From: Eledone cirrhosa
Lineage: Eukaryota
Assembly (NCBI GenBank): GCA_964016885.1
Contig: OZ024741.1
Coordinates: forward strand, 169,136,001 to 169,200,000
Direction: 5' to 3'
Length of the DNA: 64,000 nucleotides
Shown in pieces: positions 1 through 13,534 of the stretch (its first letter is position 1; every line of letters starts with the position of its first letter). Position numbers and translations under genes: made by a program. Under the pieces are notes generated by a model. The model did not search any database. It was not told where the DNA came from and was given only the letters and a program-made list of their open reading frames with translations.

Positions 1-638
1 AACTCCGCAGCGCCCTTATTATCATATTTACACATATTTTTTCCTCTGCTGCTACATGTCTTTTTCGTTCTATGTATCTTTACCCTTTCTAGCAGTATCT
101 CTCTCTGTTAGCCTCTTCCTCACCCTTCACTCACTCATTCTCTGTCACTACCTCTCCTCCTCCTCTTTCTTCCCGTTTGACCTGTGCGTAATTCTTTTCT
201 CTCGCACGCTCGGCCAAGCTGGTCGGAATTTTTTCTCTCTCTCGTCTACGATTTCACAGAACTTATGTTTACCGAATTCGCAGACCAGACCCCTTCTTCC
301 TCCCGTTAGACCTGTGGGAAATTCCTTCCTTGCTCACATTTCAACCAGGTTTGATGGTCTTTATTCTCTCGTTCACGATTTCACCGAATTTAAATTCATA
401 GAAATTTGGGACTTGTCTTCTTCTTCCTCACTTTCTGTTGCTTCACCATTTTGTTTGTTTACACTCGCGTCCCCTTTATTTACGTGTCCCAACGACTTTT
501 TTTAGCCGTTGCTCGCACCAACCGGAGGTATATGGTCTTTAAAGCGATGAAATGCCTACGATGGTTGGAAGATCACTGATGAAGGACAAACTTTTTTCAT
601 ATGTAACCCATTTGCAACTCCGCAGCGCCCTTATTATC

Positions 639-640
<2 letters not shown>
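1..640 (+). mobile_element. Probable PLE-related or non-autonomous repeat unit with a terminal direct repeat
   Basis: 1-27 (aactccgcagcgcccttattatcatat) recurs at 616-642, just before a (TA)n tract. 548-625 is similar to 35795-35872 on the minus strand. Confidence 0.4.
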
Positions 641-1419
<779 letters not shown>

Positions 1420-4375
1420 TCATCATCATCATCATCATCGTTTAACGTCCATCTTCCACGCTTGCATGGGTTTGGCCGGGAGTTTTCCCACGTGAGGCAA
1501 GATTGGTTGTCCTGCTCGTATAGGACTGTCTGGCGGGTTTTCTACGGCTGGATGCCCTTCCTCACACCAACCACGTTTACGGTGTGGACTGGGAGGTTTT
1601 TACCGTGTTACCTACACGGCCACATTACAGCGTGGACTGTGTGTTTTTTGTCGTAACACCTACACGTCTGGCGGGTTTTCTACGGCTGGGTGCCCTTCCC
1701 AACACCAACCACGTTTACAGTGTGTACTGGGAGGTTTTTACCGTCTTACCTACACGGCCACATTACAACGTGGACTGTGTGTTTTTTTTGTCCTGACACC
1801 TACACAACCTTATTTGTTTCGGACTGGATGTTGTGGTACCAACATAACTTCACATTTAAGGGGGGGGGGGGGGGGGGTATTTTGTTAGAGGTGCCTACTG
1901 ACTGTAGGTTTCGCTTTGTACTTAGGCAAGGCGGGTCTTCTGTATAACTGTGTAGCGCCAAAGATCTCGGACCAGTGACATTGTCTTGGAGAGGTGTAAG
2001 TGTGTGAGGTCGGAATTTATCAAGTCGTCCCAGGTTTTTCTTGGTCTGCCTACTCCGTGGCTACCGTCTATTTTTATCGCCCCGCACTTTTTTATACAGC
2101 TGTCGTCTTTCATGCGCATCACGTGACCGTACCAACGTAGTCTTCTCTCGAGTAAACAACATCTGATCCCTCTTATTCCTAATTTCTCCCTTAGTTCGTT
2201 TATGCTTTGCTGTTCACGTATATTACTATTACACATCCAGCGGAGCATGCAAGCTTCGTTTCTCTCCAGTCTGCGTATATCCTCTGCACACAATGCCCAG
2301 GTCTCACTGCCATGTTCGTATGCAGGCATCATACAGCCTGCCTTTCATTTTTAGACAGAACCCTTTAGCGGCCAATAGTGGTATAAGCTCTCTGAACTTT
2401 TTCCATCCCGTTCTGACTCTAGCTACTGTACTTTCAGAGCACCCTCCCCCACTGCTGATTTTGTCACCCAGGTAACGGAAGGTGTCCACTATTTCTATAG
2501 AACCATCTGTGCAATGGAATGAGCTAGTATTTTGTGGGCACTTGCTGCTACTTATTGTACCAGAGCACCGGCCACATATAAAATCCATATTCTTAGTTAG
2601 CTTACCTGTGATCCCACTACATCTTTTATGCACGCATACTTTGCATTTGGGACATAAAATGGAGTTTCTGCCTACTCCTTTCCTACACACTGAGCATGGC
2701 CATTTCCCAGATGGGACCAGTGCCCTATTTTCCTTCCTACAAACTAGAACTTTAGTCTTAGACAAGTTCACTTTAAGGCCTTTTGATTCTAGGCCATGCT
2801 TCCATGTTTGGAATTTTTTCTCTAGTTCAGCCATTGATTCAGCTATGAGCGTTAGATCATCTGCATATAGGAGTTCCCATGGGCAACCGGTCTTGAACTC
2901 CTCTGTTATAGCCTGAAGGGCAATAATAAATAGTAGGGGGCTAAGGACGGAGCTTTGATGAACACCAACTTTTACGCTAAACTCTTCACTATATTCGTTG
3001 TTAATTCTAACCTTGCTAACTGTTTCTTTATACATGGCTTGTATAGCTCTCACAAGCCATTCATCAACACCTAGTTTTCTAAGGGCCCACCAGATAATCG
3101 AGCGGGGTACTCTGTCAAAGGCTTTCTCCAAGTCAACAAAAGCTAAGTATAGGGGTTTACTTTTAGCTAGGTATTTCTGTAGTTGTCGTACAATGAAAAG
3201 AGCGTCTGTTGTACTTTTACCTGACACAAACCCGAACTGCATTTCGTCTAGATCAATTCGCTCTCTGATTAGTTGCGCTATTACTTTTTCTGTGACCTTC
3301 ATGACCTGGTCAATTAATTTAATGCCTCTATAGTTTCCCCTATCTAGGGCATCACCTTTACCCTTGTAGCAGTTAATGATGATGCTGCTGCGCCAGTCCT
3401 TCGGAACGACCCCATTCTGTATGACTATAGTGTGTCCCACCGTTCCAGATGCTTTCAGCATTTCAGCAACTACTTCCGAAGGCCCGGCCGCCTTGCCTGT
3501 CTTCATGTCTTTGATCGCCTTACTTATTATACTACCTTCAACTTGCACTGCTGGTCCCTCTATTAGGTCGATGTGGGAGAGACTGTCTTTCTCCCAATTA
3601 TTCCCCTCATTTAGTAGCCTTTCGTAGTGACACTTCCAAGCTACCTTCTTATCAGCGTCAGTGCTGGCAAGTACACCATCATCATTAAGGACACACTTCT
3701 CCCCGACAATATCACTGTTTTCCTTGACACATTGCCTAGCAATCCTGAACACCTCACGTTTTTGGTCCTCGCGTTGTAGAACATGCTTGAACTTTCTTTC
3801 CTCTGCTTCCCTTCTTGCGAAGTACACTTGTCTCCTAGCTTCCCTCCTGGCCACTTGATAGTCTTCTCTACTTCCCCCATCCCGCCATGCTTTCCAAGCC
3901 TGCTTTTTGGCCTTGATTGATCCCTCCACCTTACTGTTCCCCCACCAAGTTACTCTCCTCCTGCCTATAGGTCTGCTCCAGCCACAGGTTTCATCTGTTG
4001 CCTTCAGTAGGTTAGCTTTCAGGAATTCCCACTGTTCCTCTATATTGTACGACTCTAATTGCTCTTCCTTACTATCAAAAGCATCAAGTAATATGCTTTT
4101 AAATTTATTACTGGCTGTGGGGTCTTTTAACTTCCATATTTTTCTCCTGAGGATAGTCCTCTTCTGTTGTCGAGTACGTCTCGTCCTGACTATGAGGTCG
4201 CTAATTATGAGTCTATGTTGAGAGGTGCATTCTTCATGGGGGAGGGATTTAGTGTTTACAACAGACACTCTGTCACGTCTCCTGGTATGGATATAATCTA
4301 CCTGGCTTGTGTGTTCCCCCGATCTATAGGTGATCAAGTGATTGTCTCGTTTTTTGAAGTTAGTGTTACAGATAT
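1420..4375 (-). mobile_element. RTE-clade LINE (3' part), with APE end, RT, a PHD-like Cys cluster and a (GAT)n tail
   Basis: ORFs 2304..4394 and 1922..2332 contain NYRGIKL, FVDLEKAFDRV, LLYADDL, C..C..C..C..HKRC and RLRWYGHV. Frameshift or deletion near 2312. Confidence 0.95.
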
Positions 4376-6710
4376 ATTTCTTTATTAGCCACAAGGTCGC
4401 ACAAGAAAAGGGGACAATACAAAGACATGCCGAGGATTTTACATACAGTCATGTAAAAAATATAAAAACAAACAATTACATCAATCGAAATTCCCAATAG
4501 GGGGGAGGCGCCACAAATGGGTTGTTTAATACCCCGTCGATAGAACAACCCTCAACTCCAGGAGCGTGTTGTGCAAGTGCTCCTTTCTTCCTTTTGCTCT
4601 CTTCCTCAACCTACAGGCTTATAAACAGAGAAGGCCCAATCACTAGGGCCATTTTCGCTTCATTCACCCACTTTTCAGTAAATTTACTGGGGTGCAGTGC
4701 CTCTCTCTCCACCCTGATTCTCCTTCTAAAGTGATACTTAAAGAAGGGAATCAATTGTTGTCCGGAGAGAAAGGCATCTGTCCTCAGTCCTCTTAACATC
4801 GTCCACCATATAACTTCTTTCACCATAGCCACCGTACAGAGGAAAACCGCCTCTCTTTCGTTTTTGAAAGAGGCTGGCGGTTTGATCCTTACTATGGACT
4901 CAGCAGTCAACTGGATTTGTCCCATACGCGACAGCAGTTGTTCTGCATAGTTCCACAGGTCGGTTACGCCCGAGCAGTGTACAATTGCGTGCAGGACTGT
5001 TTCAATGTCCTGCGCGCATCTTGGACACGTCCTCTTGGAAGGATCCCTGCCGGGGCGTCCGTGCCTGTAGATCATGTCACGAACCGGTAGAGCTCCATAG
5101 GTCCCGGGCGGAAAGTCCTACCAAACAGACTGGTGAGCTCATCGTCTTCGACGCCCAGAGTCTCTCCGAGCACGTCGTCGCCCTTGTATAGAATGTCGAA
5201 GTGGAGTCTCCGAGCACGTCGTCGCCCTCTATAGAATGTCGAAGTGGAGTCTCCACTGATTGCTGCGCCCGCTTGCCCGAGGACTGTGAGCGCCTGAGCG
5301 CATTCAATGTGCCAGGCGCCCATCGTTTTCGGTCTTTTCTTGACCCAGGACTGCAGCTCCGTCAGCGAGACGAGCTGTGGGAAAGCCTGTCTCACAAACG
5401 GTGCCCACACCGGTTGGGGGTCGGTGAGGAATACCTGGCGATGCCGCAGCCTCAGCGCATGTTTGCGCATCATCAGCCACGGCATTCCCAGCCCTCCGTT
5501 GGAAGGGTGCTGACAGCAGACGGATCTCCTCACCAGAGGAGCCTGCTTCTTCCACAGAAACTGGAAGAGCATGCGTTCCATCTTGGCGAGGTGTTCACGG
5601 GGACAAGGCACGACAGTCAAGCGGTAGTAGATGACGGACGCTATGAAAGTGTTCGCCACCTCCGCTCGACCTTTCAAGGACAGTTTGCACTCTGCCCACT
5701 TCTGGGTGAGTGCAAACACCTTGGCCGTGACCTCGTTCCAGTTTTTCTCCATTTGGAGGTCTGGACCGAACCAGACCCCGAGCAATTTCACCGGTCCGTC
5801 CGTCCAGCGTCCAACGACGCTGTCGGACGTCATCGGTTTGCCTCTCCACGTACCGAGTTGCAAACCGACAGACTTGTCCGGGTTTAGTTTTGCTCCCGTC
5901 AGCGTTTCGTATTCTTTCAGTAAGTTGGTGATCACCCCGATTTCCGAGGTGCTCGACACCATTACCGTCACGTCGTCGGCATAAGCCGACGCCGCTTTGC
6001 GCAGTCCCGGTTCTAGAGGGATGCCCTGCAACAGCTCCAATTTCCGCAGTAGTGGCTCTAGAGTCAATACATACAGAACGGAGGAGAGAGGGCACCCCTG
6101 TCGAATGGAACGCGTGATTGCGAACGGCTCCGATAGGTAGCCGTTCACCTTGACCCTCGAGCAGATGCTGGTGTGCATCGCCCCGGTCCATCCTCTGAAC
6201 ACTGGACCGAAACCGGCCGCCTTGAGAACCGCTTCCAAGTATCGATGGTCGACCCTATCGAATGCCTTAGACTGATCCAAGTTGATCAGAGCCCTACCGA
6301 AGCCGGGTTTACTACCCACCCTCTCTATGATGTATCGCATGAGGTGGAGGTTGTCGTGTATGGACCTGGTCGGGATAGCACACGTTTGCGCTTTCCCTAC
6401 CAGGTTCTCGACGACAAGCGCCAACCTCGTCGCTAGCACCTCGGCCAAAATCTTTAACTCTGTGTTGAGCAGAGTTATGGGCCTGAAGTTGTTAATTTCG
6501 TCCCCCTTGTTCTCGTCTTTCCTGATCAGCGTTACTACGCCCTTGCCTGCAGAACTGGGAATTCTCCCGTTCTGCTGCCAATTGCAGTAGACGGCTTCGA
6601 GGACACCAGAGAACAAGTCCGGCATGCCTATTTAAAATTCGTAGGGTAGACCATCTAGACCGGGTGACTTGCGTTTCCCGCAGCGGCCCAGAGCGTCCCG
6701 TATCTCAGTG
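4376..6710 (-). mobile_element. 5'-truncated L1/Tx1-clade LINE nested inside the RTE
   Basis: ORF 5072..6625 contains NFRPITLLN, DQSKAFDRV, RQGCPLS and YADD. ORF 4611..5075 contains the CCHC motif CPRC..HAIVHC. AATAAA lies at the 3' end (about 4385). The segment is GC-rich relative to its surroundings. Confidence 0.92.
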
Positions 6711-6803
6711 TCCATAGTTAGGTTATTTGCGTCACAGAATTCCAGGATTCTGGAGCCTTCCTCATTTCTAGTACCAAACCCATAGCCTCCACGGATTCCA
6801 TTC
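6711..6803 (-). mobile_element. 5' remainder of the RTE (APE endonuclease fragment)
   Basis: Translates as GGYGFGTRNEEGSRILEFCDANNLT, which joins ICNTNFKK at 4375. Confidence 0.88.
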
Positions 6804-6935
6804 CAAGTACTTGTTCAATTAACACTTAACATTTAATATTCTATCATACTATTTCATTATAATACCATTATAAATTTTAAAGGATTGTAAATAAAACGAG
6901 TAAATCAGACAAAGTTGGAATTCCTCTTATTAATA

Positions 6936-7095
6936 TCATCATCATCATCATCATCATCGTTTAACGTCCATGTTCCACGCTTGCATGGGTTTGGACGGGA
7001 GTTTTCCCACTTGAGGCATGAGTGGTTGTCTTGCTCGCATAGGACTGTCTGGCGGGTTTTCTACAGCTGGATGCCCTTCCTAACACCAACCACAT
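6936..7095 (-). mobile_element. RTE 3'-tail fragment
   Basis: Near-identical to 1420-1575 and flanked by taata on both sides. Confidence 0.85.
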
Positions 7096-7120
7096 TAATA
7101 TAAATATATATATATTTACA

Positions 7121-7167
<47 letters not shown>

Positions 7168-7189
7168 CAGTATATATATATATATATAT

Positions 7190-7982
7190 ATGTAAGTATG
7201 TATGTATACGTACATACATATATGTATACAGGCGTACAGTAGCATGTATATATATACATACAGGCACACATATATATATGCACGTATCAGTTTACCGAAC
7301 ATTTATTATAATGCTCGGTTTGTTCGTTTGTAAACAAACAAACAGCCCGAATTACGCCGTACAGTGTTTAGGCAACCACGTCACCTTTTTGTTCAACACT
7401 GACACAGGAACGATGTACTAGTTTCAAGCTTATTACCTATCGTCAGCACCATATACCTTTCTGCCAGATGGTTGAACGTCCGAAAGTATATACTTTCCTT
7501 ATGAAAATTAACGGCTGAGAAGCCTAATTTGCATATCGAGTGAGTTCAGTCGGCCAGGCGCACCGAAAACGATAACTGGAATAGAATGAAACGAAATTTC
7601 ATTTCTCACTCTTAGTACGGCACTTACTTAAATGTAAGTATGTATGTATACGTACATACATATATGTATACAGACGTACAGTAGCATGTATATATATATA
7701 CATACAGGCACACATATATATATGCACGTATGCACGTATCAGTTTACCGAACATTTATTATAATGCTCGGTTTGTTCGTTTGTAAACAAACAAAGCATTA
7801 TAATAAATGTTCGGTAAACTGATACGTGCATACGTGCATATATATATGTGTGCCTGTATGTATATATATACATGCTACTGTACGTCTGTATACATATATG
7901 TATGTACGTATACATACATACTTACATTTAAGTAAGTGCCGTACTAAGAGTGAGAAATGAAATTTCGTTTCATTCTATTCCA
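7190..7982 (-). mobile_element. Non-autonomous PLE-like unit: direct repeat, hammerhead, then an inverted copy
   Basis: 7190-7342 matches 7633-7793 (direct). 7577-7767 is inverted at 7794-7982. A hammerhead lies at 7410-7452. (TA)n flanks both ends. Confidence 0.65.
7410..7452 (-). ncRNA. Minimal type-I hammerhead ribozyme
   Basis: atggtg CTGACGA taggt aata agctt GAAA ctag TA catcgt. Stem III is the palindrome ACTAGT, the cleavage triplet is GUA, and stem II has mismatches. Confidence 0.6.
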
Positions 7983-7983
7983 T

Positions 7984-8046
7984 TTATATATATATGTATA
8001 TATATATATATATATATATAAATATATATATAAATATATATATATA

Positions 8047-8106
<60 letters not shown>

Positions 8107-8107
8107 C

Positions 8108-8138
<31 letters not shown>

Positions 8139-8222
8139 CATATATATACATACATATATATATATATATACATATATATACATATATATACATATATATA
8201 CATATATATACATATATATACA

Positions 8223-8280
<58 letters not shown>

Positions 8281-8285
8281 CATAA

Positions 8286-8369
<84 letters not shown>

Positions 8370-8385
8370 TTCATATATATACACA
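7984..8385. repeat. (TA)n/(CATATATATA)n microsatellite
   Basis: Seen directly. Confidence 0.95.
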
Positions 8386-8609
8386 CATCATTTTGTTTAT
8401 CTAATTATACTTTTATTTATTTCCTTTGCATGTATATCTATAGTTTCTTCTGTTTCATTCTCTGGGATAGTAAACCAAATGTTTACATAATAAACTTTAT
8501 TTTTTATGTTTTCTATATCACCAGTGCTTCGATTTCATTTGATTTGATTTGCTAATTTGTCCTTTGTTTGATTAGATATTTAATTACCTACCAAATTACC
8601 TACATAGCT

Positions 8610-9400
8610 ATTGGTATTGGTGGTGATGGTGATGGTGGTGCTGGTGGTGGTGCTGGTGGTATTGGTGGTGGTATTGGTGGTGGTGTTGTTGTTGGTGATG
8701 GTGGTGGTGGTGGTATTGGTGGGGAGGGGGGTTTAATGCTGGAGGAGGTGGTGATGGTATTGGTGGTGGTGGTGGTGCATGTGGTAATGGTGATGGTTAT
8801 GGTAGTGGTGGTGGTTGTGGTGCTGGTGCTGGTGGCATTGGTGGTGGTATTGTTGGTGGTGGTATTGGTGGTGTTGTCAGTGGTGGTGGTTGTGGTAGTG
8901 GTGGTGGTGTTGGTGGTGCTGGTGCTGGTATTGGTGGGGGGAGGGGGTGTTGGAGGAGGTGGTGATGGTATTGGTGCATGTGGTAATGGTGATGGTTATG
9001 GTAGTGGTTGTGGTACTGGTGCTGGTTTGGTGGTGTTGGTGGTGTATTTGTTGTGGTGGTGGTGGTGGTGGTGGTGGTGGTTTAGTGTTGATGTTGATGA
9101 CGACTTTGATGGTGCTATTGCTGGTGTTGTTATTGTTGTTATTGAACATAACATTGTACATGCTGGTGTCATTGTAATTGATGCTGTTGATGGTATTGAT
9201 GTTGTTGATGATGATGTTGATGATGATGCTGTTGATGGTATTGATGTTGTTGATGATGCTGTTGAGGATGATGCTGTTGATGGTATTGATGTTGTTGATG
9301 ATGCTGTTGATGATGATGCTGTTGATGGTATTGATGTTGTTGATGATGCTGTTGATGGTATTGATGATGTTGATGATGATGACATTGTGGATGTTGATAT
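8610..9400. repeat. (GGT)n/(GAT)n low-complexity tract with a ~42-bp higher-order repeat
   Basis: gatgctgttgatggtattgatgttgttgat is repeated about 5 times within 9180-9380. Confidence 0.9.
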
Positions 9401-9409
9401 TTTTAGGTG

Positions 9410-9612
9410 GATTGGCAGTGTCGGATGCCATGCTTTGCAGCATAGAGTTACAGCCCTTTATTATCAGAGTTCAAATCCTGCCACGGTTAACTTTGCCTTT
9501 CATCCTTACAGGTTCGATAAAATAAAGTACCAGTCATACACTGAGGTTGATTTAATCAACTTTCCCCTCACCCTAAATTGCTGGCCTCGTGCCTATACTA
9601 GAAATCATTGTT
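9410..9612 (+). mobile_element. tRNA-derived SINE with a Meta-like domain
   Basis: gagttcaaatcc B-box followed by ctttgcctttcatcctt..aaaataaagtaccag. Confidence 0.75.
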
Positions 9613-9844
9613 AATGATCTATTTAATGTTGTTGATATTGTTGTTTTTGTTGATGCTGTTGTTGTTGATATTGTTGCTGTTGATCTAGTTGATATTGTTG
9701 CTGGTGTTAAATTCCAGATCAGCCTTGATGAAGAAGACCTTTTTTAAATGGTGCTTCAGGCATGACCATTCAGACACTTTTATCACCTCAGTGTGTATTA
9801 AGAGCAGCATTATCCAATATGATCCTTTTGCTTTTAGAATAATA

Positions 9845-10333
9845 GACCCTGAAAAACCTGGGATGACTTGATAAAATCCGACCTCACACACTTACACCTC
9901 TCCAAGACAATGTCACTGGACCGAGATCTTTGGCGCTACGTAGTAATACAGAAGACCTGCCTTGTCTAAGTACAAAGAGAAACCTACAGTCAGTAGGCAC
10001 CTCTTAACCAAAATACACCCCCGTCCCACTAACCCTACCCCCACCGCCATCTACACCACCCCTTTTGATGTAAAGCTATGTTGGTACCACAACATCCAGT
10101 CCTAAATAAATGAGGTCGTGTAGGTGTCACGACAAAAAAACACACAGTCCACGCTGTAATGTGGCCATGTAGGTAACACTGTAAATGTAGTTGGTGTTAG
10201 GAAGGGCATCCAGCCATAGAAAACCCACCGGACAGTCCTGAGCAAGACAACCAATCTGGCCTGAAGTGGGACAATTCCTGTCCAGACCCATGCTAGCGTG
10301 GAAAATAGACGTTAAACGATGATGATGATGATG
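9845..10333 (+). mobile_element. RTE 3' fragment
   Basis: KTWDDLIKSDLTHLHLSKTMSLDRDLWRY followed by the 3'UTR and (GAT)n. Confidence 0.88.
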
Positions 10334-10664
10334 AAGAAGCAGGATGAACTGAGGGAGAGAATGTTACTTCCAACAGGTCAATGCCCACGCCTAGAGACTG
10401 TGTCGTTGGCTCTGTTTCTGGTTTTATAGGTTTCTTATTCCCAGCTTGTTTCCCTTACATCACATGTATGTGTATGTGTGTATGTGTATGTGTAGTGTAT
10501 GTGTGAATGTGTGTGTATGTGTGTGTATGTGTGAATGTGTATGTGTGAATGTGTATGTGTGAATGTGTATGTGTGAATGTGTATGTGTGTGTGTGTGTGT
10601 GATTGTGTATGTGTGTATGCATATATGTGTGTGTATATGATATGCATATGTGTGTGTGTGTGTG

Positions 10665-10968
10665 TTGGACCTCCACCATTCCTGACAATGATTGTTGCAG
10701 TTGTTCAATCAACAGATCAGCCTGCTCATAATTAATGTGCATGTGGTTGTGTATTCAACAGGCATATGTACTCATGATGTAGTTCTAAGGGAGATTCAGT
10801 GTGAAAAGGCTGGGTCTTTGCATCACAAGTACAACTTATTTGTGCCAGCTAAATAAACTGGAGCAGCATGAAATATAGTGTGTTGCTCAAGGACTCGATA
10901 AACTGCCATAAATCAAATTCATGATCTAATGATCGTCAGTTGAACACCCTAATCACTAAGCCATAGGG
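10665..10968 (-). mobile_element. Degenerate tRNA/CORE SINE
   Basis: tRNA-like head (atggcttagtgattagggtg) and CORE-like ccttgagcaa. Similar to 62997-63312. Confidence 0.65.
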
Positions 10969-11266
10969 CTTTACACAATCATTATATACAGTACTCATAT
11001 CTCACACACTAGATATAAACTTATATGAACTGATAGGAAACATTATTACATGAATAATTTTGTCAACACAGATTATCATTATTGTCTTAGACTCTGGCTT
11101 TCAAACATTTTTTTAGATTCACTTACACACCTGCAATAGACATTATCCTCACAATTATTCTCCAATACATTTTCAATAAAAATTAATGCCATTCACTTTT
11201 ATTAGTTAAAAAGATTGTACAATAGGACATGTATGGTTGTGACCAAACTACAGCCTCACATTATCA

Positions 11267-11452
11267 ATTGGCAGCATCGGTAGAGGGTCGGACGCTATGC
11301 TTTGACGCATAATAGAGTTACGACCCTTGCCATTCTGAGTTTGAATCCCGCCGAGGTTAACTTTGCCTTTCATCCTTACGGGGTCAATAAAATAAAGTAC
11401 CAGTAATGCACTGGGTAATTGCTGGCCTTGTGCCAAAAAGTAGAAACAATTA
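11267..11452 (+). mobile_element. Meta-type tRNA SINE
   Basis: Same family as 17757-17940, 44730-44912 and 50057-50217. Confidence 0.8.
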
Positions 11453-12580
11453 TAAAAACCAAAATTCTCACTGGATGTGGTAAGGGAAACATCATATTCA
11501 TACCTACAATACTGCTAATACCAACAGATGTCCCCTTTCATTTATCAGTTCTAATAAAAGGGAGGTCAATATAATTTGAGCACCAAACCCATCCCCTCAA
11601 TTATGGCTGACCATGGGTTTGCACCTATAAAGTTCCACTCCAAGGTACAAGCCGTTTTATGAAAGACCAGCAGTCACGCATCCATGTAAGTGACTCCTCT
11701 CCAACCCACCCATATTGTTCAAGGAAAAGGCAATGACTGCTACAGCTTGGTATCAGTGTTGTTGCAACTCATATATACACTATCATCATTTCATCATCAT
11801 TTCATTTTACGTCCGCTTTTTCCCTGCTTGCAAGGGTGGGACGGGAACTGATTCTGGCACAATGCACTACCAATTTCAGTAATTGAATTTACAATCTTAT
11901 GATTGTGAACCCAACAATATAACCTGCACTCATGTGTAGATATCCGTTATACCTTCATTGGGTTAGATCATAGATTTGGCAATATGTGCATGAGCAAAGT
12001 TTGTAAAACATCATAGATCCTATAAATAAATGTAGTAATTCATATCTTGTATGTCATGTTATAACATTAATTTGTTTCAAATTCAGTCTCCGAAAGTGTT
12101 CCCCTTTGTCATTATTTATAAGGTATTTGCATTTAGTTAAAAGCAACCAATAATTTATTAATCTCACCTCAAGGCGATCTTTATAAAATCGATTAAAAAA
12201 ATATGAATTGCTGTTTGCGCATTTGTGTGTGTCCAGAAAATAACTTTCTTGCTGCTGATGATGATGTCAGCCATGGGAAACTATATATTACATGGTATTA
12301 AATTCAAGCAAAAAATCAAAATGTATGAGAGTGAGTTGAAATTATCACTGTGACCAAAATTTTATCTTCACTTTTATAAGCAATGCACTACTCACTTACA
12401 TACACAGCACATATAATGTACTCATATCAAATATAGTTAGCATACTTTAGTATAAAATAAATAAATGCAAAATCATATAGGTTGTTGCAAGCTTGCATTG
12501 TTCTGAAATGAAAGAAGTTTTTTCATTTAATTATAAGCCATTCACTATATAGTGCCCTCCTAGAATAATGACTATGAAGT

Positions 12581-12739
12581 CAGTGCTGGACTTGCCATTG
12601 TGCTTAGGTGTGCTTAAGCACAGGACGCTGTTGGCAAGGGATGGCAGGTCTTTCTGCCCCAAAAATTGTTTACCTCCTTCGGGGCCCAAGTAAGGGACTT
12701 AACTAACACAGGGCCTCATTTGTCCTAAATCCAGCAATG
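12581..12739. mobile_element. hAT-type MITE
   Basis: TIRs cagtgctggactt / aaatccagcaatg. Perfect 8-bp TSD tatgaagt at 12573-12580 and 12740-12747. Confidence 0.85.
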
Positions 12740-13026
12740 TATGAAGTACAGGTTTTAATTTCCTCAAAGGTGCTGTACTGGGCAGTTTCAATCAAGCTTT
12801 GTCTTGTTACAGGTACATATCACATCTTTGCTTAATTAAGTTGGAATCACCATTTTCTAGAGAATAAATATCATCATATTAAATCAGATAAACTGCAATG
12901 AGAAATAGGTCAGTACAGATTTGTATCAATTGCATGTCAAAAATATAGTTTTCCTTTTCATACATTTGTATACATCGATTGATACATTAAACAACACACT
13001 CACCCAATCAGATGAAGGTATTTCTG

Positions 13027-13108
<82 letters not shown>

Positions 13109-13214
13109 CATAATATATATATATATATATAGTAATAATGATAATAATAATAATAATAATAATAATTATAATATATATATATATATAGTGATAATGATAA
13201 TAATAATAATAATA

Positions 13215-13253
<39 letters not shown>

Positions 13254-13534
13254 TTTTTTATCACTTTTACATGATCAATAGTATGACATTTTGAAATTAG
13301 ACACATTCATCAATATTCTTTTATTTTTTATTGATTTCAGTCATTGGACTACAGCCATACTAGGGCACCTCTTACTTATTTTTTGAAGTCTATTACTTAT
13401 TTTATTGATCTCTTCTTTGTTAAATTCCTAAGATAAGAGATATAAATACAGGTACAAATATAAACATAGACATAGGCACACACATACACACATATACACA
13501 CACATACATACTCACATTTATATATATAGAGAGA

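Larger units (their letters stand above)
11060..13030 (-). pseudogene. Piwi/Argonaute-like pseudogene copy 4, C-terminal half only (pieces at about 12780-13030, 11950-12572, 11470-11560, 11060-11260)
   Basis: In order: SDWVSVL (L2; matches copies 2 and 3); VIIL..ISEQC; FIKIALR; LSETEF..YELLHL; KGTSVGISSIVG..EYDVSLT (cf. PGTVVD..IT..YDFFLVS); TTIHVLLYN; MYW..SIAG. Interrupted by a hAT MITE and SINEs. Confidence 0.5.

Noticed and set aside
8568-9614. 348-aa Gly/Val/Asp-rich ORF
   Set aside because: It is a product of GGT/GAT low-complexity DNA running into a SINE, and several frames are open.
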